Position numbers and translations under genes: made by a program. Shown here piece by piece: positions 12,200-23,280 of a stretch of 64,000 nucleotides of DNA. The stretch is from an uncultured Methanosarcinaceae archaeon. GTDB lineage: Archaea > Halobacteriota > Methanosarcinia > Methanosarcinales > Methanosarcinaceae. The notes beneath the pieces are model-generated. The model saw nothing but the letters and a program-made list of their open reading frames with translations. It had not been told where the DNA came from and did no database searches. The DNA is taken from contig CAVTET010000003.1 of NCBI GenBank assembly GCA_963733675.1, positions 96,001-160,000 of the forward strand, read 5' to 3'. Numbering within the stretch: position 1 is the stretch's first letter; every line of letters starts with the position of its first letter.

Positions 12200-12442
12200 T
12201 TATGGTTCGTTCATACCTGATTCGTTCATCATGCCTGATTCATTCATCATACTTGATCCATTCATCATTCTTGATCCATTCATCATGCTTGATCCATTCA
12301 TCATGCTTGATCCATTTATCACGCCTGATTCGTTCGTGACTGGTCCTTGTCCGCTTGCCACAACAGTTGTCACTGATATTAAGAAGCTTACTACTATCAA
12401 AAAGATAATTGTCTTTTTACTATGGTTAAATTTAGTACCCAT
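12200..12442 (-). CDS. Small secreted Met-rich repeat peptide
   Basis: Basic N-terminus, hydrophobic core and VVA signal-like site, then N[GE]S[SGR]MM hexapeptide repeats; GGAG RBS upstream. Confidence 0.7.
   Translation of the reverse strand: MGTKFNHSKKTIIFLIVVSFLISVTTVVASGQGPVTNESGVINGSSMMNGSSMMNGSRMMNGSSMMNESGMMNESGMNEP
12206..12337. repeat. 18-bp tandem repeat (~7 units)
   Basis: tccattcatcatgcttga-type units encoding NGSSMM on the minus strand. Confidence 0.9.
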
Positions 12443-13301
12443 ACGAAAAACTCTCCTAGTATTATTTAGTAATTTTTACATATCCCACATTTACTAGAGC
12501 TTAATACTATTATGTAGGCATTTACATGCACTGAATAAAAATTACTTCTATAATTCTTAAAATTAATTATAAGAAAAATAATTTCTGAATAAAAATTACT
12601 TTCACATAAAATGTTTTAAAATCGGACAACAATTTAATATTAAATATGTTTTGTATTCATTCTGGAGACTTTTAGTCATCGATCAAATCTGAAAAATGAT
12701 TGATACTCAATATTTTTGGGAAATGGTATAGAGAGTCTAATGCATACGATTTTCAATAACTCACGGACATTTACCTATTTTTCCAGTTTTTTTACGTTAC
12801 ATTTTAGTGAAATTGTTAAAGAAAACACTATATAGTATCTTTCAATAGATTCAAAATAACAAAACTAATGTATTAAGGAAAAGGCATAAGGTTTTGACAG
12901 AGATAAATCATCGTTAACTCGCGAGGAACTATATCGTGTGTATACTCATCATGGATAATTGATTTAATATATTGGGAAGTAAAAAGGTGACGATTTGAGA
13001 GACTTGCATTAGTTTGCTATTTTTAGCATTGCTTTTATATATATATTGGCGTATACATAATTGAATGCATGTGGGTGAATATTGTAAAGTGTGTTTTAAT
13101 AATTTTTGTTGCATTTGCCATTATTTAGGTGTGTTTTACGGTGGGTGACAACATGAAAGTGTTGTTTTAACTCTTATTTTTCTATTAAAAAAATTCGGAA
13201 AAAACTTGAGGTTCAAGGAAATCTCACTACTTTTGAAAATATATATTCTACATGCATTATTTTACATAGTTATATTAAATTGGCTGAAGTATAAATCGTG
13301 T

Positions 13302-13387
13302 GCGAGAGTAGCCCAGTTAGGTCCAATACATCAAATTTAAAGTCTGTCTTGTAGGAGTTCTGTGTTCAAATCACACCTCTCGCACCA
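13302..13387 (+). pseudogene. Degenerate tRNA-Leu(TAA)-like gene
   Basis: Perfect acceptor stem GCGAGAG/CTCTCGC plus ACCA; Leu-type D region and variable arm (gtaggagttc); T-loop TTCAAAT; anticodon loop TTTAAAG with mismatched D and anticodon stems. Confidence 0.7.
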
Positions 13388-13403
13388 AATAGGAGTTGAG
13401 ATT

Positions 13404-13553
13404 ATGGAAGAAACAATTTGATATCCTTCTAAACGGAAATGTAAATGTCCCCACTGTGAAACAACTAACACATGTTCTGTGCCTCAGAAAGATCTTGTGT
13501 GCACAGAATATGGAAAAGCATTTGCGGTTTCTGTAGTGCATACAGAAGAATGA
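13404..13553 (+). pseudogene. Small zinc-ribbon protein with in-frame TGA
   Basis: MEETI*YPSKRKCKCPHCETTNTCSVPQKDLVCTEYGKAFAVSVVHTEE; AGGAG RBS; second CxxC is degenerate (CTEY). Confidence 0.55.
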
Positions 13554-13590
13554 TTAAGCCATATATAAAAGAAATCTAATTTGTTGTCAG

Positions 13591-13681
13591 TAGGACTTAC
13601 ACGGTTGAGCTGAAAAATCAATAATACTAAACCACAGTATTAAATTGTACTTAATATTATATCTCAAGTGCGTAAGTCCTA
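13591..13681. mobile_element. 91-bp MITE with TAGGACTTACGCA-type inverted ends
   Basis: taggacttacacggttgag ... ctcaagtgcgtaagtccta (16/19 IR match). Confidence 0.75.
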
Positions 13682-13856
13682 AAAATAGTATATTTTCTCA
13701 ATATTATTTGAGAAACAAAGGAATCAAATATTTTTATTTTAAAAAAATGAAATATGTTTCAATTTTGGTCAGGCAACTTCGTTGAAAATGAACAGCGAAT
13801 TGAAGAAAATGGGCATCTTCCACAATACCCCTAATAAGGATAAATCCTTAAAGTCC

Positions 13857-14099
13857 TTAAAAGTTATCTCGAACTATTTTTTTTGCAGTATTAATCTTAA
13901 AGACAGAGTAGAGAGTGCAGTGTCTCATGATCGAACTGAAGAGCCCTGTAAAAGCTATCAGTGTAACAAACCATCTCCAGGTAGATGTTTTCACAAAACC
14001 TGTTGCCAGAGCAATTATTGCGAGCACTCCAAACATAGCCCGAAACAGGAGATCAAAGCCACCTACATTTTCTTCCTGAAACAATTTTTTGAAATCCAT
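13857..14099 (-). CDS. DUF2892/YgaP-like small membrane protein
   Basis: ENVGGFDLLFR, two TM helices, RHCTLYSVFKINT. Confidence 0.85.
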   Translation of the reverse strand: MDFKKLFQEENVGGFDLLFRAMFGVLAIIALATGFVKTSTWRWFVTLIAFTGLFSSIMRHCTLYSVFKINTAKKIVRDNF

Positions 14100-14371
14100 T
14101 GGAAAACCCCCTTATAAACCCTCTAGTTATACTTCTAAATCTCTATATATATGTTATTTTGTTGTGATTACGTTTGTATTCTGCTTGCATTAAGCTTGCC
14201 AAAAAAGCCCCACACATAAACGATTTAAAATTTCCAGAGATATATTATCTAACACTATCGTTGAAATCTATGGTTAATCAGATATTCTATTTGAATTATT
14301 ATTCTATACAATAGTCAATAAATTTATTTGATAAAGTAATCTAAACAAGTATGAAATCGGAGGGCTAAATC

Positions 14372-14578
14372 ATAACTCAAGAAACAATAAAAGTTGAAGG
14401 CATGACATGCAGACACTGTGAGATGAGGGTTAAAAAAGCAATTGAAGTCATCGAAGGTGTACGGAAAGTGGAGGTAAATCTTCAGAATAAGCATGTAGTT
14501 GTTGAATACGACGAAAGGAGGGCAAACCTCGAAAAAATCAAGGCTGCAGTTAAGGAAGCCGGGTATGAGCCCGTGTAA
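14372..14578 (+). CDS. copZ: Copper chaperone (HMA domain) with ATA at the expected start position
   Basis: (I)TQETIKVEGMTCRHCEMRVKKAIEVIEGVRKVEVNL...IKAAVKEAGYEPV*; GGAGG RBS just upstream of the ATA; absent from the ORF track. Confidence 0.85.
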   Translation: MTQETIKVEGMTCRHCEMRVKKAIEVIEGVRKVEVNLQNKHVVVEYDERRANLEKIKAAVKEAGYEPV

Positions 14579-14697
14579 TGATGAGGATTTCGCACATCAG
14601 TTTCAAAGGATTATATACCAAAAGGTACAGATTTTTATTACAATGGGTGAAGCACCTGTTTGAAAAAAACAGCTGATTCGGTGGGTGTGAACCAATA

Positions 14698-14900
14698 GAG
14701 ATACGACATTCATAGTAGATGACATGGCCTACATGTACTATAAAGGACAGGCTACAAAGTTCGTTAAAACTATCAAAAGGGAGTGGACAGAGTAACTGAA
14801 TATTTCTGATAGGACAAGAAATGTATTCTATGAAAACCATATAACTGATGCGCATGTCATACGGATAGCCCTGCTTATAAAAGAGGTTACAAAATCATAA
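14698..14900 (+). pseudogene. Degenerate second HMA-domain gene
   Basis: RDTTFIVDDMAYMYYKGQATKFVKTIK/GVDRV...NVFYENHITDAHVIRIALL/GYKII with frameshifts; Tyr at the MxCxxC cysteine positions. Confidence 0.55.
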
Positions 14901-14964
14901 CGAAGCCGTTAAAGGCTTTATAAGCTCCGGAAAGATTTGGAAAAAATATGGGTGATATATTCCG

Positions 14965-17838
14965 ATGGAAGTAAATATAGGAGTCTACGGCATGACCTGT
15001 AGTCACTGCCAGAAAAGAGTAGAGGATGCTGTATCTTTGCTTGAAGGAGTGGGGGCAGTGAGGGTAAATCTGGAATCTGAACGTGCTACTGTTAGTTTTA
15101 ACCCTCAAAAAATTAGTATGGATGATATAAAAGAGGCCATCCGAAAGGCTGGTTACTCAACAGAGGTTGAAGAAGGAACCAAAAAGGCACAGGCAAATAT
15201 TGAAGCAAGAACCTTGACTGCTGCAGGTGTAACAGGCACAGCCTCCGAAACTGTTGATATAGCTTTAGAAGAACTGAAAGGAAAGTTTCAAGCCTGCCCC
15301 CTAGCAACACAAGAATGCAGGCTTGCAGAAAAGGAAAAACTCAGCACCTCAAGCCAAAAAACGGACAAAAAAGAAATTACCCTTGGAGTTTCAGGCATGA
15401 CATGCTCGGCCTGTGCCCTGAATATCGAGAAGGTGTTGAAGAAAAGGGAGGGAGTGGACTCAGTAGCTGTCAATCTGGAATTAGGACTGGCAAAAGTCAG
15501 TTTTGATCCCTCCCTTATCGCTCCCAAGAGAATTAAGGAAACTATCGAATCCATCGGGTATAAGGTAGAGACGGACAGAGTAACTCTCGACCTTCAGGGT
15601 ATGACTTGTGCATCCTGTGCTGCAAACATTGAGAAGGTTCTTAATAAAACAGAAGGCATCATTTCAGCTTCAGTAAATTTCCCACTTGAAAAGGCAGTTG
15701 TAGAATTCGATTTGGCCCGAATTTCTGTCAAGGAGATAATTGCTGCAGTTCAGGGAATTGGATATGGGGCAGCGGTCAGGACTGAAACAGTAGAGTATGA
15801 AGATAGAGAGCAAATGTCACAGGATTCTGAAATCCGAAGGCAGAGAAATAACCTGATCATAGCCCTTGTGCTGGGAATTCCAATTGGCATTGGAAACATG
15901 AGCATGATGTTTTCCTCCCTATCTTTTGTGCCTGGCTTCCTTTCCAACCATATCGTCCTTTTTATACTGTCTACTATTGTCCTTCTTTTCCCTGGAAGGC
16001 AGTTTTTTGTCGGGACTTTCAAGGGCTTCAAATATGGCGTGACTGACATGAACCTGCTGATTGCTGCAGGAACCGGGTCAGCTTACCTTATCAGTGTGGC
16101 TGCAACTTTCCTCGATCTGGGCCCCGGGTATAATAGTCTATACTATGATACTGTAGCTTTTCTAATCATTTTTATTATCTTCGGAAGATACCTCGAAGCA
16201 AAAACAAGAGGCAAGACGTCTGAAGCTATTCGGAAACTTATGGGACTCAGACCAAAGACTTCCAGGATTCTCGTTAATGGCGTGGAAAAAGAAGTCCCTG
16301 TTGAAGAGGTGGTAGTAAGCGACATTGTTATTGTCAGGCCCGGAGAAAAGATCCCGGTTGATGGGATTGTGGCAGAAGGAAGTTCTTCAGTAGACGAATC
16401 CATGCTCACAGGAGAAAGTATCCCAGTGGAGAAAAATCCGGGAGATGTGGTTATCGGTGCTACACTAAACAAGACAGGATCTTTCAGGTTCAGTGCAACA
16501 AAGGTTGGAGTTGACACTGCTCTTGCCCAGATAATCAAGCTTGTGGAAACTGCTCAGACAACCAAAGCCCCCATCCAGAGAGTTGCAGACGTTTTTGCGG
16601 GCAATTTCATAGTAAGTGTGCATATTATTGCCCTTCTGGCTTTTTTCTTCTGGTTTTTCATAGGATACTGGCTCTACGGGGTAGGGGTATCGGCATCTTT
16701 TGGAGGAATTAGCCCATTTCTCTTTTCCCTGCTAATCTCCATTACAGTTCTTGTAATCTCCTGTCCATGTGCCGTTGGGCTTGCAACCCCTGCAGCCATA
16801 ATGGTCGGCACCGGCAAAGGCGCAGAGAATGGAATCCTTATAAAAGGCGGTGAAGCACTTGAAAGAGCGCATAAGCTTGACACTATCGTTTTTGACAAAA
16901 CCGGAACCCTTACTGAAGGCATTCCACGCCTTACAGATGTGTTTACAGCTCTGGGCCATGAGGAAAAAGAAGTCCTTTTTATTGCAGCTACAGCTGAAAG
17001 AGGGTCGGAACATCCGTTAGGGGAAGCTATCGTAAAAGAAGCTGAGGAAAGAGGAATTAGGCTTGGAAAGGTAGAAAAGTTCCGTTCCATCCCAGGTAAA
17101 GGAATCGAAGCCTATTTTGGAGAAAACAGAATCTTGCTCGGTACTCGTAAACTTATGGAAGAAAATGGGATCTCATTCAATGAATTTGAAGCTAAAATGC
17201 GGAGTTTCGAAGAAAACGGAAAAACCGCAGTGTTTGTGGCTTCCGAAAAAGAAATTATAGGCCTTGTTGCAGTTGCTGACACTCTAAAGGAAAACTCTAA
17301 AGAGACAGTTGAAACCCTGAAAAAGATGGGGATCGAGGTAATTATGATAACCGGTGATAATGCAGTAACAGCCGGTGCTATTGCAGCAGAGGTGGGGATT
17401 CTCAGATCGCTTGCCGAGGTGCTGCCCGAGGATAAAGCAAACGAAATAAAGAAGCTTCAGAATGAGGGAAAACTTGTAGGAATGGTAGGTGACGGTATTA
17501 ATGACGCTCCTGCCCTGGTTCAATCTGATGTGGGAATTGCTATGGGGGCGGGCACAGATGTTGCAATGGAATCCGCAAAAATCGTTCTCATAAGGAATGA
17601 TCCGAGGGACGTGGTTGCAGCCCTTAAATTGAGCCGGCTTACCATAAACAAGATCAGGCAGAATTTACTCTGGGCTTTTGGATACAATACGATAGGCATC
17701 CCTATTGCAGCAGGAATTCTGTATCCCTTTTTTCACAGGATTCTGATCACACCTGAACTTGCTGCCGCTTTCATGGCACTTAGTTCAGTTTCGGTAACGA
17801 CCAATTCCTTGCTAATGAAACGAAGCAGAATTAAATAA
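14965..17838 (+). CDS. copA: Cu(I)-exporting P1B-type ATPase
   Basis: Three GMTCxxC HMA domains, TGES, CPC, DKTGT, SEHP, GDGIND, YN and MALSS motifs. Confidence 0.96.
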   Translation: MEVNIGVYGMTCSHCQKRVEDAVSLLEGVGAVRVNLESERATVSFNPQKISMDDIKEAIRKAGYSTEVEEGTKKAQANIEARTLTAAGVTGTASETVDIALEELKGKFQACPLATQECRLAEKEKLSTSSQKTDKKEITLGVSGMTCSACALNIEKVLKKREGVDSVAVNLELGLAKVSFDPSLIAPKRIKETIESIGYKVETDRVTLDLQGMTCASCAANIEKVLNKTEGIISASVNFPLEKAVVEFDLARISVKEIIAAVQGIGYGAAVRTETVEYEDREQMSQDSEIRRQRNNLIIALVLGIPIGIGNMSMMFSSLSFVPGFLSNHIVLFILSTIVLLFPGRQFFVGTFKGFKYGVTDMNLLIAAGTGSAYLISVAATFLDLGPGYNSLYYDTVAFLIIFIIFGRYLEAKTRGKTSEAIRKLMGLRPKTSRILVNGVEKEVPVEEVVVSDIVIVRPGEKIPVDGIVAEGSSSVDESMLTGESIPVEKNPGDVVIGATLNKTGSFRFSATKVGVDTALAQIIKLVETAQTTKAPIQRVADVFAGNFIVSVHIIALLAFFFWFFIGYWLYGVGVSASFGGISPFLFSLLISITVLVISCPCAVGLATPAAIMVGTGKGAENGILIKGGEALERAHKLDTIVFDKTGTLTEGIPRLTDVFTALGHEEKEVLFIAATAERGSEHPLGEAIVKEAEERGIRLGKVEKFRSIPGKGIEAYFGENRILLGTRKLMEENGISFNEFEAKMRSFEENGKTAVFVASEKEIIGLVAVADTLKENSKETVETLKKMGIEVIMITGDNAVTAGAIAAEVGILRSLAEVLPEDKANEIKKLQNEGKLVGMVGDGINDAPALVQSDVGIAMGAGTDVAMESAKIVLIRNDPRDVVAALKLSRLTINKIRQNLLWAFGYNTIGIPIAAGILYPFFHRILITPELAAAFMALSSVSVTTNSLLMKRSRIK

Positions 17839-18026
17839 ATTATGAAAATAATTTTAAAGTTGATTCATCTAAAGCGTGTTTGGAATATATTTGAAGGAAG
17901 AATGGAAAATAAGTATGAAGATAATTGCTGACAAAATTTCTCTATGTATAAAGTCTATTTCCCTGAGAAGATGTTTAAAATGACGTTTGGAGAATTTTGA
18001 AATCCCAGAGATCGAAGGTGAGCTCT

Positions 18027-18275
18027 ATGGTAAAATCTAGATACGAGGGTAATAGGCCTAGATCAGTGCTTTTAGCAAGCATTGTCACGTCAATAGTGCT
18101 TGTAATTTTCTTTCTTTTCGGGGCTATTTCAACCAATGTGATCAGAGGAGGAGTGGCTTATACTCAAGTAGATATAGTTGCAGGCTCAATTTTTGTTTTG
18201 GCAATTACAATGATAATTTCACTATCTCTCTGGCCTAAAGTTATAGATTGGCTTGAAATACATAAGAGAAATTAA
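18027..18275 (+). CDS. Small two-TM membrane protein
   Basis: Two hydrophobic helices; GGTGA RBS before ATG 18027. Confidence 0.65.
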   Translation: MVKSRYEGNRPRSVLLASIVTSIVLVIFFLFGAISTNVIRGGVAYTQVDIVAGSIFVLAITMIISLSLWPKVIDWLEIHKRN

Positions 18276-18339
18276 AAGTTTTCAAATTGATTTATTTATT
18301 CGGGGTCTGTATAGTCTTAGGGATATTAGAGTTTTTTTA

Positions 18340-18583
18340 TCCTGCTTAGAACCTCTATAGCTGCTGATTTCCATAGAGTTGATTAAAGATCTCTCAAAAT
18401 AGGAGATATTGAAACCCTGAGGTTTATGGACTTCGGATGAATGATACGGGAAGGAGACAGCCACAAAGATAGAAATATCAAGAAAATAGTTCTGGGGTGA
18501 TCTGAAAGCCACCAGAATTGAAGTATCTATCTCTATCACAGGGAAAGCAATAAAAATACAGGGTTGCAACTATATCAAGTCTT
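18340..18583 (+). pseudogene. DUF134/UPF0251 DNA-binding protein remnant
   Basis: Broken frames give IETLRFMDF...ATKIEISRK*FWGDLKATR...GKAIKIQGCNYI; this family usually precedes mrp. Confidence 0.6.
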
Positions 18584-18620
18584 AAAGTGCTGACATTAAT
18601 GAAAATGCTTTGCGTTAACG

Positions 18621-19508
18621 ATGATACATAACGGGAAAAACGGAAATTTTAAAAAGGTGATTAAAATAACAGATCAAGTTCAACCACTGGAAAGCTTATC
18701 TAAAAAGCCCCAAGAACCTAAAATAATAGTTAACCTCAGGCGCATCAAGCGTAAGATAATGATAATGAGCGGTAAAGGGGGAGTAGGGAAAAGCACAATA
18801 GCCGCAAATTTAGCTATTGGACTGACTATGCGTGGATATAAAGTGGGACTTCTAGATTGTGATATCCACGGCCCGACTATTCCCACAATTTTTGGTTTAG
18901 AATCTGAGAGACTAGCTGTTAACGAAGAAGGCATACTGCCAATCCAGGTCCTTCCCAATCTTTCGGTGATGTCTGTCGGTTTTCTGCTTGAAAATAAAGA
19001 TTCACCTATCATCTGGAGGGGACCTGCAAAAATGGGGATTATCCAACAGTTCCTGGAAGATGTTCTCTGGGGAGAACTTGACTTTCTGATTATAGATCTG
19101 CCTCCAGGCACAGGAGATGAACCCCTTAGCGTAGCTCAGCTGATTCCCAATTGTGACGGTTCAATACTTGTTACAACTCCTCAGGATGTAGCTCTCATCA
19201 GCGTCCGCAAATCAATTAGATTTTCTGAGAAACTCAAGGTGCCTATTATAGGGCTTGTCGACAACATGCATGGTCTGATCTGCCCTCACTGTGTCAAATC
19301 AATAGAAGTTTTCGGAACTGGTGGTGTCGAAAAAACCTCAACAGATTTCAACATTCCTATTCTAGCAAGGCTTCCGATAGAACCAAAAGTCGCAGAAATG
19401 GAAGATAAGGGCACAATTCTCCAGGAACTACTTGAACACAACACGGAGTGGCAGAAGAACTTTGAGTATGTTGTGAATGCGGTAGAAAAAACCTTAGAAG
19501 AAAAATAA
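18621..19508 (+). CDS. Mrp/NBP35 (ApbC) Fe-S cluster carrier ATPase
   Basis: SGKGGVGKST, WRGP, DLPPGTGD, TTPQ, CPHC. Confidence 0.93.
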   Translation: MIHNGKNGNFKKVIKITDQVQPLESLSKKPQEPKIIVNLRRIKRKIMIMSGKGGVGKSTIAANLAIGLTMRGYKVGLLDCDIHGPTIPTIFGLESERLAVNEEGILPIQVLPNLSVMSVGFLLENKDSPIIWRGPAKMGIIQQFLEDVLWGELDFLIIDLPPGTGDEPLSVAQLIPNCDGSILVTTPQDVALISVRKSIRFSEKLKVPIIGLVDNMHGLICPHCVKSIEVFGTGGVEKTSTDFNIPILARLPIEPKVAEMEDKGTILQELLEHNTEWQKNFEYVVNAVEKTLEEK

Positions 19509-19847
19509 GCGAAATAAAAGTTGAAGGATTTAACATAATTTTTTCATTCTGGCAAATTTGCTATCTTTCTGACTTCCCATCGGTTCCAGTGCAGGGAGAT
19601 AGCAGGTGTATTAAAAACACCGGCCATTCACACCGTTTTCTTATTGTGTATTCTTTGCTTGAAGATATACATTTAAGTTAAAATTTGATATTTTGTTCTA
19701 GCTGCACCGAAATTCAAAACAAAAATGATTGGAGACAGCATTAAAGAGGAGTTTTGGAAATAACATTAACCAAATAATATAGGACCACCATAATTTTAGT
19801 GCAAAAACATATCAAGAGTAAAAGCGAATTTTTTATTTAATGTCTAT

Positions 19848-20510
19848 TCATTTCAAATCTAGGCATAAACCAACTTTGATTTCAATGAATTCCGAAGGAA
19901 ATCTCTCTTTTAGTTTTTCTTTGTGAGCAGTACAGTGCCCTACAGCTATGATTTCCAGCCCTGAACGTCTCTCAAACTCTCTACTATCGTGAAACCCTCC
20001 AAAAATTCCCAGAATATTCCAGTAAACTAGAGCATTATCAATGATTATGGCAAGGCCCAGATGAACGTAGCCTGTAAGCACATAACATCCATTTCCAGTA
20101 TCCAGAATCAGGGCCTATTCTTTGATATTATCTCCAATTTCCCTTTTACTCCTAACACCCTTAGAGATTTCAACAGATTCTTTTACTTCAATAAAAGTAG
20201 CTCTGTTTTCAATTTATGTTTTCAGGTTCTTAGAAAATATGCAGGCACATAGACCTTAAGTTCGGAATTTGCCTGAAGAATCTCAAGAAGGCCGGCTATA
20301 TGATCACAATGCTGGTGAGAAAAAACAAGTTTATTTATGAATTTGGGATCAAAATTAAATCTCTTCATATGTTTGAGATGAAGAGGTACATCCTATACAG
20401 TGTCGAAAGGAAGAGATTCACGGTCAGTTTCAACAGGGACTACAAATCCCAGCTACCTGCAAGATCCTAATTCACGATTTTGTCGTAGATTACAGTAAGT
20501 CCGAACACCT
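19848..20510 (-). pseudogene. MBL-fold metallo-hydrolase, multiply disrupted
   Basis: Fragments LTVIYD, FDT, FSHQHCDHIAGL, GGFH and GHCT spread over several frames. Confidence 0.7.
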
Positions 20511-21411
20511 GCTGCCTCAAATTTCTGATACCGTTTTATACTCTATTATACTCTATAAATGTATACACAAATTTAGTTTCAGTTTTAATTTCGTCCTCTT
20601 CAAGAACACATCTTCCGCTAATTCCTTCTAAAATCGTAATTCAGAAATTTCCTATCTAAATAGATGCCTAGAGTAAAGAATCATTAATTTCACAGGAGGG
20701 GAAACAGCCTCCGAAATCTGCCTTTTCGGCCTGCTAAATAATTTCCATTACACTGTCGTAAGCTAAGGAGTTGATCTAATCCGCATTGGACAGGATTTTA
20801 CATTCTCCTTTCTAAATTAAATGCCCTTTAAACCTAGATTATTCTGATTTGCTCGCTCAAAAGAGACTTACAAACTTAACATAGAAATCAAGCATAATGA
20901 ACATTTTAATTTCAACTTGAATTTTAGACAGTGTGAGGTTCAATGCTATTTATTATGCATTCAACTACATACTACATAAGTCATAATTAATACAAAATGA
21001 ACAAGGTAAAGGATTGTTTTTTAACACCCTGATATTTAGAATAATAAGCAAACTAAATAAAGAAATAATCAAATAACTCTAAATATAATCATGTATAATT
21101 ACCACAGTATTGAGCTTGTATAGATATATACTTTAGATATAGTATATTCACTTAAATATGAGCAATATTGAGGAAGTTAGTTTCCTAAACGAAAATGTCT
21201 AACAGTTGTAATAGGTTGATATCACTTTTTGCAAAACATGAAAATTAGGGAGTAAATAAAGTTAGAGGGAGGTTATAGATAATGATTAATTTATAAAAAA
21301 AATGAATGAAAACGTTTTATTAAATTTTTTTCCACATAACATTTATGTTCTTTTTTAAATTCGATCCATAACTCACAGAAAGAAGAGGCTATAAAAGAAG
21401 AGGAAATAAAA

Positions 21412-23280
21412 ATGGGAAAACATTTTGACATAAAAAAGCTTGTAAATATGAAAACAAGAACGCTAAAAATTAGTGGAATATTTATTTTATTTTTAGTTAT
21501 AGGCTCATCGATAGCAATGGCATATACAGGATTCTTAGATGATAACAAATCATTTGATATTAAAAAAAATATCGTAAATCATACTGAGTTTTCTCCAAAG
21601 CTTGAATTTGCACCAGAAAATCCTGAGTTTGTCAAATATCAGAGAAACATAGTTTCTAATCCAATGAATTTTTATTCCCTGGATGAATATAGAACAGGCT
21701 TTATACCGGCACCTGTGGACCTTCGTCATCTAAGCACTCATCGCCAACTCCTGCTTAGTAGTAGTATTTCTGGAGCAAATACATCTACTCCGACTCACTA
21801 TGACCTGAGGGAACTAAACAGAATTACACATGTGAAAGATCAGGGTAATGCAGGAAATTGCTGGGCATTTGCAACCTATGCATCTCTTGAATCATACTTA
21901 ATGCCGAGAGAAAACTGGGACTTCTCGGAAAATAATTTAAAAAACTTGCTTTCTCCTGCTTATCTGGAAGGATTTGATTTAAACGAAGGTGGGAACATGT
22001 TTATGTCAACTGCTTACCTGACTCGCTGGAACGGTCCTATCGCTGGAAATAGTGATCCTTATAATGATTCATCAACCTATTCACCCAGAGAGCTTGGCCT
22101 TCCTTTACAGAAACATGTGCAAAATGTACTTTTCCTCCCAGATAGGCACGGTTCTCTGGACAATGAGGAAATAAAATTGGCAGTTCAAAACTATGGAGCT
22201 GTATGGACCACATTGTACTATAACCCAACTTCTTATTCCTCAACCACGCACAATTATTACTATAGAGGGACCTCAAGCCCTAATCACGCAGTGGCTATTG
22301 TAGGCTGGGATGACTCTTTTGATAAGAATAATTTCTCCCAGGTTCCGCCAGGAAATGGAGCATTTATCGTGAAAAATAGCTGGGGTCCACATTGGGGTGA
22401 TAACGGATATTTCCATGTTTCCTATTATGATTCGTCTATAGGAAGCTCTAATAATGGGATTTTCACGGCTGAAAATACTAGTAATTATAAACACATCTAT
22501 CAGTACGATCCGCTCGGATGGACGGGTAACTTTGGATATGGCAGCAAAACTGGTTGGTGTGCAAATATCTTTACTGCAAAATCTGACGAAGTCCTCGAAG
22601 CAGTAAGTTTCTATACAACAGACTTAAACTGCAACTACAAAATATACATTTACACTAATCCAAGTTCCACACCCATTAGTCAAGATGATCCGGTTCTTAC
22701 CCAGAGTGGGGTAATCTCCATGTCGGGCTACCACACAGTTAATCTAAGTTCTGGAGTTCAACTAAAAGCTGATCAAAAATTTTCCGTAATATTGAAGCTC
22801 ACAAACTCTAAATATAATTACCCGATTGCTGTAGAATCACCAATCTCGGGATATAGTAGTAAAGCAAAAGCAAATGCTGGGGAGAGTTATGTCAGTTCGA
22901 ATGGAAATTCTTGGAAAGATATAACAACAGATTCAAGTTACTCAAATACTAATGTGTGTATAAAGGCTTTCACAGACACTGGGAATATATCGAATGTTGC
23001 TGATTTTTTTGCAACCCCCACCTCCGGAAATATATCATTTGATGTTGTTTTCACTGACAAAAGTACAGGATTACCAATTTCATGGTATTGGGATTTTGGA
23101 GACAGAACATACTCAACAATCCAAAATCCAAAACACCATTATTTACGAATAGGTAATTACACAGTGTCGCTTACAGTAACAAATGCCGTAAGTAATAATA
23201 CGATCACAAAACCCCATAATATAACAGTGACGGCAGTTACGCAAAAACCTGTCGCACGTAGTGTACCAAAAGTTCTTTGA
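21412..23280 (+). CDS. Secreted C1A (papain-family) cysteine protease with lectin-like and PKD domains
   Basis: QGNAGNCWAF, NHAVAIVGW, KNSWG catalytic motifs; QYDPLGW lectin-like domain; WYWDFGD PKD; C-terminus appears clipped by an insertion after QKPVA. Confidence 0.9.
   Translation: MGKHFDIKKLVNMKTRTLKISGIFILFLVIGSSIAMAYTGFLDDNKSFDIKKNIVNHTEFSPKLEFAPENPEFVKYQRNIVSNPMNFYSLDEYRTGFIPAPVDLRHLSTHRQLLLSSSISGANTSTPTHYDLRELNRITHVKDQGNAGNCWAFATYASLESYLMPRENWDFSENNLKNLLSPAYLEGFDLNEGGNMFMSTAYLTRWNGPIAGNSDPYNDSSTYSPRELGLPLQKHVQNVLFLPDRHGSLDNEEIKLAVQNYGAVWTTLYYNPTSYSSTTHNYYYRGTSSPNHAVAIVGWDDSFDKNNFSQVPPGNGAFIVKNSWGPHWGDNGYFHVSYYDSSIGSSNNGIFTAENTSNYKHIYQYDPLGWTGNFGYGSKTGWCANIFTAKSDEVLEAVSFYTTDLNCNYKIYIYTNPSSTPISQDDPVLTQSGVISMSGYHTVNLSSGVQLKADQKFSVILKLTNSKYNYPIAVESPISGYSSKAKANAGESYVSSNGNSWKDITTDSSYSNTNVCIKAFTDTGNISNVADFFATPTSGNISFDVVFTDKSTGLPISWYWDFGDRTYSTIQNPKHHYLRIGNYTVSLTVTNAVSNNTITKPHNITVTAVTQKPVARSVPKVL

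Noticed and set aside
12206-12337. Tandem repeat considered as a possible CRISPR or non-coding array
   Set aside because: There are no spacers; the 18-bp units are in-frame coding repeats. The + strand ORF 12231..12497 is its antisense shadow
14550-14855. 101-aa minus-strand ORF between copZ and copA
   Set aside because: It is antisense to the copZ end and the degenerate HMA relic and has no family features
15113-17523. Multiple minus-strand ORFs within copA (likewise within purD, argF, pyk, dapB, CBS and arfC)
   Set aside because: They are antisense shadows of well-supported genes
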